Source: Myxococcota bacterium (GTDB lineage Bacteria; Myxococcota_A; UBA9042; PHBI01; JACKFB01). Taken from it: a DNA stretch of 64,000 bases. Positions 55,623 through 64,000 of this stretch are shown piece by piece (position 1 is the first letter of the stretch; the number at the start of each line of letters is the position of its first letter). The stretch is from contig JBNJGB010000032.1 of NCBI GenBank assembly GCA_051747385.1, forward strand, positions 8,152 through 72,151. The letters are read 5' to 3'. The translations under genes were made by a program, and so were the position numbers. Below the pieces are notes generated by a model. That model saw only the letters and a program-made list of their open reading frames with translations. It was not told the DNA's origin and did not search any database.

Positions 55623-57269
55623 TCAACCCGCCGCGGCCTTCGCCAGCCGGGCCTGCTGCGCCGCCACCTCGGCGTCCAGGTGATCGTCGCCGCAGCGCTC
55701 CAGGTACTCCTCGTAGGAGCCCCGGAAGTCCTGGATGCCGTCGGGCGTGATCTCGAGGACGCGCGTGGCCAGCCGCGAGACGAACCAGCGGTCGTGGGAC
55801 ACGAAGAGGATGGTGCCGTCGTAGTCCGCGAGGGCGTCGGCGAGGGCCTCGATGCCCTCCAGGTCCAGGTGGTTCGTGGGCTCGTCGAGGACCAGGACGT
55901 TGGGCTTCGTGACGCTGAGGCGGCTGAACACCAGGCGGGCCGCCTCGCCGCCCGACAGGCTGGAGAGCTTCTTGTCCACCTCGTCCTTCGTGAACAGGAC
56001 GCGGGCGAGGTGGCTGCGGACGAAGCCGATGGGCTCGCCGGGGCACGTCTCCCACAGCCAGCCCTGCACGGTCTGCTCCTCGCCGCCCAGGATCTCCCGG
56101 TGATCCTGGGCGAAATAGCCCGGGTGGGCCTCGTAGCCCCACTCGATCTCGCCGTCGTCGGCCTCCAGGGCGCCCACGGCGATCTTCAGGAGCGTGGACT
56201 TGCCGATGCCGTTGGGACCGATGACGGCCATGCGGTCGCCGCGCTCCACGGTGAACGAGACCCCGTCGAGGACCTGGTTGTCGTCGTAGGCCTTCGAGAC
56301 CCCCTCGACCGACAGGACCTCCTTGCCGCTCGGCCGCCGGGATGTGAAGCGGAACGCGGGGTGTCGGCGGGACGACCTGGGGAGCTCCCGGATTTCCATC
56401 TTCTCGACGCGCTTCACGCGGCTCTGGGCCTGGCGCGCCTTGGTGGCCTTGGCCTTGAAGCGCTCGATGAAGGCCTTCTGGTCGGCGATCTCCTTCTCTC
56501 GCTTGGCGATCTCCGCCTCGAGCCGCTCCCGGTCGGCGGCCTTCTGCTCCTCGAACGCCGAGTAGTTGCCCGAGTAGAGCGTCACCTGCTCGTAGTCCAC
56601 GTCGATCACGTGGGTGCAGACGTTGTCGAGGAAGCGGTGGTCGTGGGAGATGACCATGGCGCAGCCCTGGTAGTCCGCCAGGAACTTCTCCAGCCACCGG
56701 ATGGACAGGATGTCCAGGTGGTTGGTGGGCTCGTCCAGGAGGAGCACGTCCGGCTCCGAGGCCAGCACCTGCCCGAGCAGCGCCCGGAGCTTGAAGCCGC
56801 CGGACAGGGTCGACAGGGGCTCGTGGTGGACCTCCGAGGGGATGTTCAGGCCCTCCAGGATCTCCCCGGCGCGGGCCTCGAGCGCGTACCCGTCGTACTG
56901 GAGCACCACGTCCTCCAGCTCGCTGTACCGATCCGCGTCGAAGTACTCGTGGGCGCGAGCGAGGATGGCCTCCTTCTCCTCCATGGCGTCCCACAGCTCG
57001 CGGTTGCCCATCATCACGACGTGCAGGATGGGCACGTCCTCGTAGCGGAAGTGGTCCTGCCGCAGGACGCCCACCCGGGCCTTCCGCGGCACCTGCACGT
57101 CCCCGGCGCTGGGATCCTCGTCCCCCGCGATGATGCGCAGGAGCGTGGACTTGCCGGACCCGTTCGCGCCGACCACCCCGTAGCGATAGCCCGGGTGGAG
57201 CTGGAGGTTCGCGTCCCGGAACAGGGGCTGGGCACCGTAGGACTTGGTCAGGTTCGACAGGGTCAGCAT
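55623..57269 (-). CDS. ABC-F family ATPase (two ABC cassettes, no TMD; translation-factor type)
   Basis: 548 aa, two Walker A motifs (GANGSGKST, GPNGIGKST), two ABC signatures (LSGGFKLR, LSGGEAAR) and a linker with KAKATKARQAQSRVKRVEKME. Confidence 0.85.
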   Translation of the reverse strand: MLTLSNLTKSYGAQPLFRDANLQLHPGYRYGVVGANGSGKSTLLRIIAGDEDPSAGDVQVPRKARVGVLRQDHFRYEDVPILHVVMMGNRELWDAMEEKEAILARAHEYFDADRYSELEDVVLQYDGYALEARAGEILEGLNIPSEVHHEPLSTLSGGFKLRALLGQVLASEPDVLLLDEPTNHLDILSIRWLEKFLADYQGCAMVISHDHRFLDNVCTHVIDVDYEQVTLYSGNYSAFEEQKAADRERLEAEIAKREKEIADQKAFIERFKAKATKARQAQSRVKRVEKMEIRELPRSSRRHPAFRFTSRRPSGKEVLSVEGVSKAYDDNQVLDGVSFTVERGDRMAVIGPNGIGKSTLLKIAVGALEADDGEIEWGYEAHPGYFAQDHREILGGEEQTVQGWLWETCPGEPIGFVRSHLARVLFTKDEVDKKLSSLSGGEAARLVFSRLSVTKPNVLVLDEPTNHLDLEGIEALADALADYDGTILFVSHDRWFVSRLATRVLEITPDGIQDFRGSYEEYLERCGDDHLDAEVAAQQARLAKAAAG

Positions 57270-57385
57270 GGCGCCGGAACCTAGTCGCCGATCGCCCGCG
57301 AGTCCACCCTCCGTCCCGCGCGCCGAGATTCATGACCCTCCGCCGGGCCCGGCCTATGATGCGGGGCCCCAGAGGAGGCCCTCCC

Positions 57386-58612
57386 ATGCCCACCCTTCGC
57401 GCCCGCATCCTCACGCCCGCCGGCCCGGACGCAGTCCGCTGGCTGCCGGACGGGATCCTCTCGTTCGACGACGCCGGGCGGATCACCGAGGTGGCGGAGT
57501 GGGACGGGCGCGAGGTGGACGAGGACCTCCGCCCGGGCGTCCTCCTCCCGGGCTTCGTGGACGCCCACGTGCACTTCCCCCAGGCGCGGGTCGTGGGGCG
57601 GGCCAGCGGGCCCCTGCTGGACTGGCTGGAGCACGTGGTCTTCCCGGAGGAGGCCCGCTACGGCGATCCCGAGCACGCCGCCCCGGCCGCCGTCGCGTTC
57701 TGCGAGACCCTCGCGCGGGCCGGCACCACGACCGCCGTCGTGTACGGGTCCGTGCACGCCGAGGCGGCGGATCTCCTCCTGGAGGCGCTGTCGGACTTCG
57801 GCCTCCGCGCGGCCGCAGGGCCCGTGCTCATGGACCAGGGGGTGCCCGACGACCTCCGCGTGCGGCCGTCCGAGGCCCTGCCGGCCCTGGAGCGCCTGGC
57901 CGAGCGGTGGCACGGCGCCGACGACGGGCGCCTCGAGGTGGCGGTCGTCCCGCGGTTCGCCGTCTCCTGCACGCGGGAGATGCTCCGGGGTGCAGGAGAC
58001 CTGGCGCGGCGCCTGGGGCTGATGGTCACGACGCACCTGGCGGAGAACACGGCCGAGTGCGACCTCGTCCGCGAGCGCTTCGGCGCCCCCGACTATCTGT
58101 CGGTCTACGAGGACGCGGGGCTGGTCCACGATCGGACCCTGCTGGCCCACTGCATCCACCTCGACGACGACGCCTGGGAGCGGCTCGGGGCGGCCGGCGC
58201 CGCCGTGGCCCACTGCCCGGACTCCAACGCCTTCCTGGGCAGCGGCCACATGCCGGTCGACCGCGCCCGGGCCCACGGCGTGCCGCTGGCGATCGGCACC
58301 GACGTCGCCGCCGGGCGCACCTTCCGCGTCCCGCGCATCCTGTCCGCCGCCTACGACAACGGCCTGGAGCGGGGCGTGACCTTGAGCCCCGCGGAGCTCC
58401 TCTGGCTCGGCACCCGGGGCGGCGCGCGCGTCCTCGGCCGCGACACGGTGGGCGCCCTCGAGCCCGGCCTGGAGGCCGACATGGTCCTCCACGACGTCCC
58501 CACCTGGGCCGGGACCGAGGAGGCGGTGCTCGGCCACCTGCTCTTCGACCACGACGCCCCGGGGCCCCTGCGCACGTGGGTGCGGGGGCGGACGGTCTGG
58601 CAGGTGCTCTGA
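57386..58612 (+). CDS. guaD: guanine deaminase (amidohydrolase superfamily)
   Basis: From MPTLRARILTP (AGAGGAGG RBS). PGFVDAHVHFPQ metal-binding motif, HLAEN, and the HCPDSN motif typical of guanine deaminases. Confidence 0.7.
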   Translation: MPTLRARILTPAGPDAVRWLPDGILSFDDAGRITEVAEWDGREVDEDLRPGVLLPGFVDAHVHFPQARVVGRASGPLLDWLEHVVFPEEARYGDPEHAAPAAVAFCETLARAGTTTAVVYGSVHAEAADLLLEALSDFGLRAAAGPVLMDQGVPDDLRVRPSEALPALERLAERWHGADDGRLEVAVVPRFAVSCTREMLRGAGDLARRLGLMVTTHLAENTAECDLVRERFGAPDYLSVYEDAGLVHDRTLLAHCIHLDDDAWERLGAAGAAVAHCPDSNAFLGSGHMPVDRARAHGVPLAIGTDVAAGRTFRVPRILSAAYDNGLERGVTLSPAELLWLGTRGGARVLGRDTVGALEPGLEADMVLHDVPTWAGTEEAVLGHLLFDHDAPGPLRTWVRGRTVWQVL

Positions 58613-58747
58613 CCGGCTCCCGTGGCGATCTGCCCCGGAGGGGCGCACGGTCACGCCGGGGGGCCGACGCAGCGCGCCTTTGACGTGCAGCAGGACCGCC
58701 GCCCCCGGCGGTCGGACGCTGGCACGGCGTTCGCATCGTCTGCCCCC

Positions 58748-59665
58748 ATGGCCTCCGACGTCGAACATCATGGCGCGCCCCCACGCGAAGGCCGCGGGCT
58801 CGGTGCGTCACGTCCGCGGCGCATCCCCCTCCGGGGGTGGAAGGACATCGTCGTCCGCGTCTACAAGGAGCTGGACCACGACCAGGTCAGCGTCCTCGCG
58901 GCCGGGGTGGCCTTCTTCGCGTTCCTCGGCATCGTCCCGGCGCTCACGGCCCTGGGCTCGCTATACGGCCTCTTCCTGAATCCGGAGGAGGTGAACCGCC
59001 AGATCGCGGCGCTGGGGGGCGTGCTTCCGGAGGAGGCCCGGACGCTCCTGACCCAACAGCTGCTCGGCCTGGCCAAGACGTCCGGCCTCGAGCTCAGCTT
59101 CGGCGCCATGTTCGGCTTCGGCTTCGCCCTGTGGAGCTCGTCGAGGGCCATGCGCACGCTCATGCAGGCGCTCAACCTCGTCTACGACCTGCCCAAGCCG
59201 CGCGGCGTCGTGCGCCTGTACGCCACGTCGCTGCTCCTGACCTTCGGCGCCATCCTCCTCACCATCGTGATGCTGGGCGTCATCGTGGTCGTGCCGCTCG
59301 TGTTGTCCTACGTGGGGCTCGCCCCGGATCAGCAGACCCTCGTGTCGGCGATCCGCTGGCCCGTCCTGGCGATCTTCGTGTTCTCGGGGCTGAGCGTGAT
59401 CTACCGGATCGGCCCGAACCGGCGGCGTCCGGGCTGGCGCTGGGTGATCTGGGGCGCCGTGATCGCGACGATCCTCTGGCTCGGGGCCTCGTGGCTCTTC
59501 TCCTGGTACATCAGCGGCTTCGGCCAGTACGAGAAGACGTGGGGCTCCATCGGCGCGATCGTCGTGTTCCAGCTCTGGCTGTTCCTGTCCGCCTTCGTCG
59601 TCCTGCTGGGCGCGGAGATCAACTCGGAGGTCGAGCACCAGACCGAGCCCGCCGGGCAGGGGTGA
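58748..59665 (+). CDS. YihY/BrkB (virulence factor BrkB / RNase BN-like) family membrane protein
   Basis: From MASDVEHHG. GWKDIVVRVYKELDHDQVSVLAAGVAFFAFLGIVPAL and six TM helices. Confidence 0.75.
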   Translation: MASDVEHHGAPPREGRGLGASRPRRIPLRGWKDIVVRVYKELDHDQVSVLAAGVAFFAFLGIVPALTALGSLYGLFLNPEEVNRQIAALGGVLPEEARTLLTQQLLGLAKTSGLELSFGAMFGFGFALWSSSRAMRTLMQALNLVYDLPKPRGVVRLYATSLLLTFGAILLTIVMLGVIVVVPLVLSYVGLAPDQQTLVSAIRWPVLAIFVFSGLSVIYRIGPNRRRPGWRWVIWGAVIATILWLGASWLFSWYISGFGQYEKTWGSIGAIVVFQLWLFLSAFVVLLGAEINSEVEHQTEPAGQG

Positions 59666-59676
59666 CGCCGCGGCGA

Positions 59677-62600
59677 TCAGTGCTCGGCGCGCCGCTGCAG
59701 GGCGGACTGGACCGCCTCGGCGAGGGCGGACGGGTGGAAGGGCTTGGCCACGAACCCGCAGGCGCCCAGGCCCTGCAGGGTCTCGCTCTCCTCGGCCATG
59801 GAGTAGCCCGACCACAGGACCACGCGCACGTCCGGGTCCATGGCACGGAGCTCCCGCAGGGCCTCCTTGCCGCTCATGACGGGCATGGACAGGTCCAGGA
59901 GGACCAGGTCGATGGAGTCGCCCTCGGCGCGGTAGCGGTCCACGGCCTCGCGGCCGTTCCGGGCCTCGACCACCTCGTAGCCGAAGCGCATCAGCAGGCT
60001 CCGCCCCAGCTGTCGGACCAGGTCGTCGTCGTCCACGACCAGGATCCGGCCCGAGCCCTGCGACTCGTCGATCCCGCTCGGGCGGCGGGCGGCGTCCCCC
60101 ATGTCGACGGGAGGGCGCGCCGGCAGATAGCAGCGGAAGGTCGTCCCGTGGTCCCGGTGGCTGTCGCAGACGACCCAGCCTTCGTGCTGCTTGACGATGC
60201 CGTAGACCACCGACAGGCCCAGGCCCGTGCCCTCGCCGACGTCCTTGGTGGTGAAGAACGGCTCGAAGACACGCTCGAGGGTCTCGGCGTCCATGCCGGC
60301 GCCGTTGTCCTCGACGGACAGCACCACGAAGCGGCCGGGACGCGCCCCGGGGTGGTGGGCCGCGTCCTCCTCGGTCAGCGTCTCCACGTGGGCCCCGATG
60401 CGGATGTGCGGGTCCGCCACGGGCTCGAGCCGCAGGCGGGCCTGCACGGCGTCTCGGGCGTTGACGGCCAGGTTCAGCAGCACCTGATGGAGGAGGCTCG
60501 CGTCGCCGTGGACCCAGTCGAGCTCGTCGGGCGGCCGCCACTCCAGGTGGATGCTCGGATCGATGGAGCGGCTGAGGAACCGCGTCACCTCGTCGATCAT
60601 CGGCACCACGTCCGTGGGCTTCATGAACAGCTCGGACCGCCGGCTGAAGGCCAGCATCTGCTTGACCAGCTCCGCGGCCCGCTCGCCCGCGCGCTCCGCG
60701 TCGGACAGCAGCCGGCGGCAGGGTTCGTCCAGCCCCGACCGCAGCTTCACCAGGGAGATGTTGCCCAGGATCGGCGTCAGGAGGTTGTTGAAGTCGTGCG
60801 CGACGCCCCCGGCGAACTGGCCCACGGCCTCCATCTTCTGGGCGTGGCGGAGCTGCTCCTCCAGCTCGCGGCGATCCGTGATGTCCCGGAACGTGGCGAC
60901 GGCCCGGAGCCGATCGGACGGATCGCCGGGCACCGGCCGCGTGGCGTACTCGACCGGCAGCTCGCGGTCGTCGTCCGTCCGCAGCCGCCCCTCCCGCAGG
61001 GCGCCGTCGCCGCGGAGGGCGAGCGCGGAGCCGTCGGGATCGCGGAGCACGGAGCCCAGGGGGCGGCCGATCAGCTCCTGCACCGAGCGTCCGCACAGGC
61101 GGGCCGCCGCGGGGTTCGCGAAGGTGATCCGCCGCTGGTCGTCCAGGCCGCAGATGGCCTCGTCCATCGAGTCCAGGATGAGGCGGTGCTTCCGGTGGAG
61201 CCGGGTGAGCTCGCTCGTCCGCTGCTCGACCGTGTCCTCGAGGGCGCGGCTGTGGGCCTCGAGCTTGGCGTGGGAGGCGCGCAGCTCCTCCGTCGCCACG
61301 GCCAGGTTCGCGTACAGGCGCGCGTTCTCCAGGGACGTGGCGGCCAGGGAGGCCAGGGTGCGGACCAGCTCGACGCGATCCTCCGTGAAGGCTCCGACCG
61401 TCAGGTTGTTCTCCAGGTAGACGACGCCCACCAGCTCGCCGCGCTGCTTCAGGGGCACGCACAGCAGGGAGTGCACTCCGGCGCGGCGGATCCGGGCGTC
61501 CCCGGAGAACGTGGCCTCCGTCGACGCATCCTCCGAGACCACCGACGATCGGGTCCGCTGCACGTAGCGGATCACCGTCGCCGGCACGTCCGCGCACTCC
61601 GACAGGGCCACCCCGTGGAGCAGCTCCACGGTCTCCCGGCCGGCCTCGCCCCGGGCCTCGGCGTACAGACCGCCCCTCCGGGCCAGGAGGAGCATCCCCC
61701 GCTGGGCGCCGGCGTTCTCCAGGACCATTCGGATCAGGCGCGCGACCAGGCGGTCCAGGACCATCTCGCCCGCGATGGCCTCGGACGCCTCGATGACCGT
61801 GTCCACGTCCAGGGATCGGGGAGCGGTGGTCGCGCGGGTCCGGCGGAGCGCCGGGAACCCCTCCTCCAGGTCCCGGACGTGGGCCTCGGCGCCCCAGCGG
61901 AGCCAGGCTTGCCGCGCGTCGTGCAGGAGGCCCCGCGCCGTGCGATGCCACCCCAGGCCGACGAAGAACCGGCCGGCCCGCTCGCAGGCGAGGGCCTCCC
62001 CGTGGATGAAGGCGTCCGCGTGGGCCTCGTCGACGGCGTTCTCGAAGCGACCGGCCGCCTGGCGCTCCCAACCACGCGCCGCCGCGATCTCGGCCTCGAC
62101 GAGGAGCTGCTTCCAGCGGTGGTTCGCGGGGCAGCGCTCGGCCCAGCCGGTGAGGCGCTCGAGCGCCGCGTCCTGGGCGGCGTCCCACCGGGCCCGGCTC
62201 GCGTCGTCCTCGCCGCGACCGGCCAGGCAGCGGGCCATGGCGCTCCAGAAGACGAACTCCACCTCCCAGACGGAGCCGGCGAGCCCCAGGGCGATGGGCT
62301 CCGTGGCCTCCACCAGGCCCAGGGCCTCCTCCGTCCGGCCGCGGATGACCGCGACGGCCAGCGCCTGGGCGTGGTTGGCGGCCGTGAAGCCGGTGAAGTG
62401 CGCCAGGTGGTCCTGGATGGCGTCGTCGCCCCGCCCGCTGCGGTCCAGCTCGGCGAGGTCCTCCTCGCGCCCCATCAGCTCCAGGGCGCGGCGCATGGTC
62501 CACAGACACACGTTCTCCGTGTCCCCGCTGCGCAGGGTCGTCCTGGCCAGCTCCACGAGGGCGGAGGCCTCGTCCACCAGGGCGGGCAGCGCCTCGCCGC

Positions 62601-64000
62601 GGACGAACGCGAACCACGGCATGTTGAACGCCGCCCAGCCCACCGTCACGTAGATGCCGTGCTCCAGCCCGAGCCGCAGCGCGTCGGACAGCCCCGCCTT
62701 GCAGTCCGCGTAGGAGCGGTGCCAGTGGTCGATGAACGCGGCGCGCAGGTGGACGATGGGCCCCTCGGCCGCGGCGACGCCCTGGCGTTCGTGGAGGGCC
62801 CGCCCCAGGTCTCCGAAGGCTCGGCCCCGCTCGTAGTCGGCGTGGAGCATGCAGCAGAGCATCCCGTACAGGACGTAGCCCAGGGCCGAGTCCGGCGTGT
62901 GGCCGTATGTCAGGGACAGGCGCGCGATGCGCGTGTTGATCCACGCGAACAGCATCGGCTGGGTGTGTGCGGGCGTGCCGAAGCCCGACAGGAGCTGGAT
63001 CTCGAGCCGGATGTCCGGGTCCGTCGCCTCCGGGCCGTCGAGGAGGCTCGCGACGGGCCGATCTCCCAGGGCCTCGGTCAGCCCCTGCTGCTCCTCGGCG
63101 ATGGCGGCCTGGAGGGCCTCGGATCCCCGCGGGGCCTCCACGCCGAACATCCCCAGGGCGTCCAGGCCGGCGTCCAGCGCCGCCGCGTACTCGTCCATCC
63201 GCACCAGGGTGGAGACGCGCAGCCCGCTCAGGTCGACCCGCTCCCGGTTCGAGGTCGCGTGGGCCTCGGCGACGTCGGCGACGGTCAGCGCCTCCTCGTA
63301 CTCGCCGCACATGAGGAGCGCCTGGGCGAGGCCCAGGTGGACGTCGAAGGCGAGGTCGTGGTGCGCGTCCCAGGCGTCCGGCGGGAGCAGGTCCATCGCC
63401 GTGGCCAGCCATGTGCGCGCCTGCTGGTACGCGGTCGAATCGAGGGCGCGCTGGCCGGCCTGCCGGTTCAGGCGCGCGAGCGCGAGGCGCTCCTCCGGGT
63501 CGGTGACCAGCCCCGCGCCCAGGTCCAGGTGGTTCACGACGTCGAACAGCCGCGTGTCGCCGCCGGTCACGCCCGCCTCGGCCTTCATCAGGCGCCCGAT
63601 GTGCCGGTGGAGGGAGGGGCGCTCCTCCTCGGGGATGAGGGCGTAGGCCGCCGCCTGGATGCGGTCGTGCAGGAAGCGGTACGACGGCGGACGCCCCGTC
63701 GGGCCGCTCGAGCGCTCCCGGGTCAGCAGCTCCTCCCGCTCCGCCAGGGCCAGGCGGTCCGCCGTCTCGTCGTCGGTCAGCCCGCACACGGTGGCGAGGG
63801 TGTGCAGCTCGAAGCGGTTGCCGATGGCCGCCGCGCGCTCGAGGACTGGGCGGACCTCCTCCGGGAGGCGGCGGATCCGGTGGCTCATCAGCTCCGCCAC
63901 CGTGTCCGGGAGGTCCATGCGGCGGATGTGGTCGAGATCCCACGTCCAGCGCGTGGACTGCGCGTCGAGGCGGATGGCGCCCTCGTCCTGCAGCGCCAGC
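59677..64000 (-). CDS. giant hybrid sensor kinase (STAND/AAA NTPase-helical region, GAF, PAS, HisKA, HATPase_c, REC), 5' end beyond window
   Basis: More than 1440 aa. The reading frame stays open to the window edge (…[31 protein letters not shown]…). GAF ([20 protein letters not shown]), PAS ([20 protein letters not shown]), H-box (AHDFNNLL), G-boxes (DNGAGMD, GTGLGLS), receiver (RILVVDDDD...[10 protein letters not shown]). The overlapping ORF 58961..63943 is an R/P-rich artefact. Confidence 0.8.
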   Translation of the reverse strand, partial: LALQDEGAIRLDAQSTRWTWDLDHIRRMDLPDTVAELMSHRIRRLPEEVRPVLERAAAIGNRFELHTLATVCGLTDDETADRLALAEREELLTRERSSGPTGRPPSYRFLHDRIQAAAYALIPEEERPSLHRHIGRLMKAEAGVTGGDTRLFDVVNHLDLGAGLVTDPEERLALARLNRQAGQRALDSTAYQQARTWLATAMDLLPPDAWDAHHDLAFDVHLGLAQALLMCGEYEEALTVADVAEAHATSNRERVDLSGLRVSTLVRMDEYAAALDAGLDALGMFGVEAPRGSEALQAAIAEEQQGLTEALGDRPVASLLDGPEATDPDIRLEIQLLSGFGTPAHTQPMLFAWINTRIARLSLTYGHTPDSALGYVLYGMLCCMLHADYERGRAFGDLGRALHERQGVAAAEGPIVHLRAAFIDHWHRSYADCKAGLSDALRLGLEHGIYVTVGWAAFNMPWFAFVRGEALPALVDEASALVELARTTLRSGDTENVCLWTMRRALELMGREEDLAELDRSGRGDDAIQDHLAHFTGFTAANHAQALAVAVIRGRTEEALGLVEATEPIALGLAGSVWEVEFVFWSAMARCLAGRGEDDASRARWDAAQDAALERLTGWAERCPANHRWKQLLVEAEIAAARGWERQAAGRFENAVDEAHADAFIHGEALACERAGRFFVGLGWHRTARGLLHDARQAWLRWGAEAHVRDLEEGFPALRRTRATTAPRSLDVDTVIEASEAIAGEMVLDRLVARLIRMVLENAGAQRGMLLLARRGGLYAEARGEAGRETVELLHGVALSECADVPATVIRYVQRTRSSVVSEDASTEATFSGDARIRRAGVHSLLCVPLKQRGELVGVVYLENNLTVGAFTEDRVELVRTLASLAATSLENARLYANLAVATEELRASHAKLEAHSRALEDTVEQRTSELTRLHRKHRLILDSMDEAICGLDDQRRITFANPAAARLCGRSVQELIGRPLGSVLRDPDGSALALRGDGALREGRLRTDDDRELPVEYATRPVPGDPSDRLRAVATFRDITDRRELEEQLRHAQKMEAVGQFAGGVAHDFNNLLTPILGNISLVKLRSGLDEPCRRLLSDAERAGERAAELVKQMLAFSRRSELFMKPTDVVPMIDEVTRFLSRSIDPSIHLEWRPPDELDWVHGDASLLHQVLLNLAVNARDAVQARLRLEPVADPHIRIGAHVETLTEEDAAHHPGARPGRFVVLSVEDNGAGMDAETLERVFEPFFTTKDVGEGTGLGLSVVYGIVKQHEGWVVCDSHRDHGTTFRCYLPARPPVDMGDAARRPSGIDESQGSGRILVVDDDDLVRQLGRSLLMRFGYEVVEARNGREAVDRYRAEGDSIDLVLLDLSMPVMSGKEALRELRAMDPDVRVVLWSGYSMAEESETLQGLGACGFVAKPFHPSALAEAVQSALQRRAEH

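Overview
High-GC (~70%) 64-kb chromosomal window with about 48 protein-coding genes on both strands. The gene content fits a Myxococcota-type genome: many D/P-rich and cysteine-rich secreted lipoproteins, Myxococcus-type C-x-DG-x-x-C-T repeats, sigma54 activators and a giant STAND/GAF/PAS hybrid kinase. There is no rRNA, tRNA, CRISPR array, transposase or integrase. The window contains: a MarR-regulated MFP/RND efflux operon (permease runs off the 5' edge); a PAS histidine kinase; a BCCT osmolyte transporter next to a truncated alpha/beta-hydrolase remnant; a respiratory cluster (6-heme NapC/NirT-like membrane cytochrome, 5-heme cytochrome, a cytochrome c/beta-barrel fusion, CcsBA system-II cytochrome c maturation, class I fumarase, an orphan EIIA-Ntr-like protein); a translationally coupled P-loop GTPase plus membrane-partner pair; a cNMP-binding/class-V aminotransferase fusion; an FmdB zinc ribbon; a GcvR-like ACT protein; a flavin-reductase-like protein; a Grx-DUF302 fusion; an SDR; an Omp85-like barrel; a TLC-type nucleotide-transporter/HEAT fusion operonic with a tandem-CNB protein; a response regulator with a CxWC...HGICPxC tail and no canonical start codon; an RRM RNA-binding protein with a structured leader and intrinsic terminator; gloB; an E2-like acyltransferase; a sigma54 activator; a 1011-aa cysteine-rich-repeat lipoprotein; a TPR protein; two PHP-domain lipoproteins; a CDF transporter; a CoA-binding protein; an ABC-F ATPase; guanine deaminase; YihY; and a >1400-aa hybrid kinase running off the 3' edge. 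The most striking non-genic signal is a near-identical 32-nt element found twice in inverted orientation, each copy directly after the TAG stop of one of two convergently oriented genes, bracketing a 5.4-kb five-gene segment. Many of the long R/P/G-rich ORFs in the six-frame track are alternate-frame artefacts of the GC bias and are not called. Coordinates of sub-ORF starts were derived by codon arithmetic from the ORF track; short non-coding motifs may be off by +/-1 nt.
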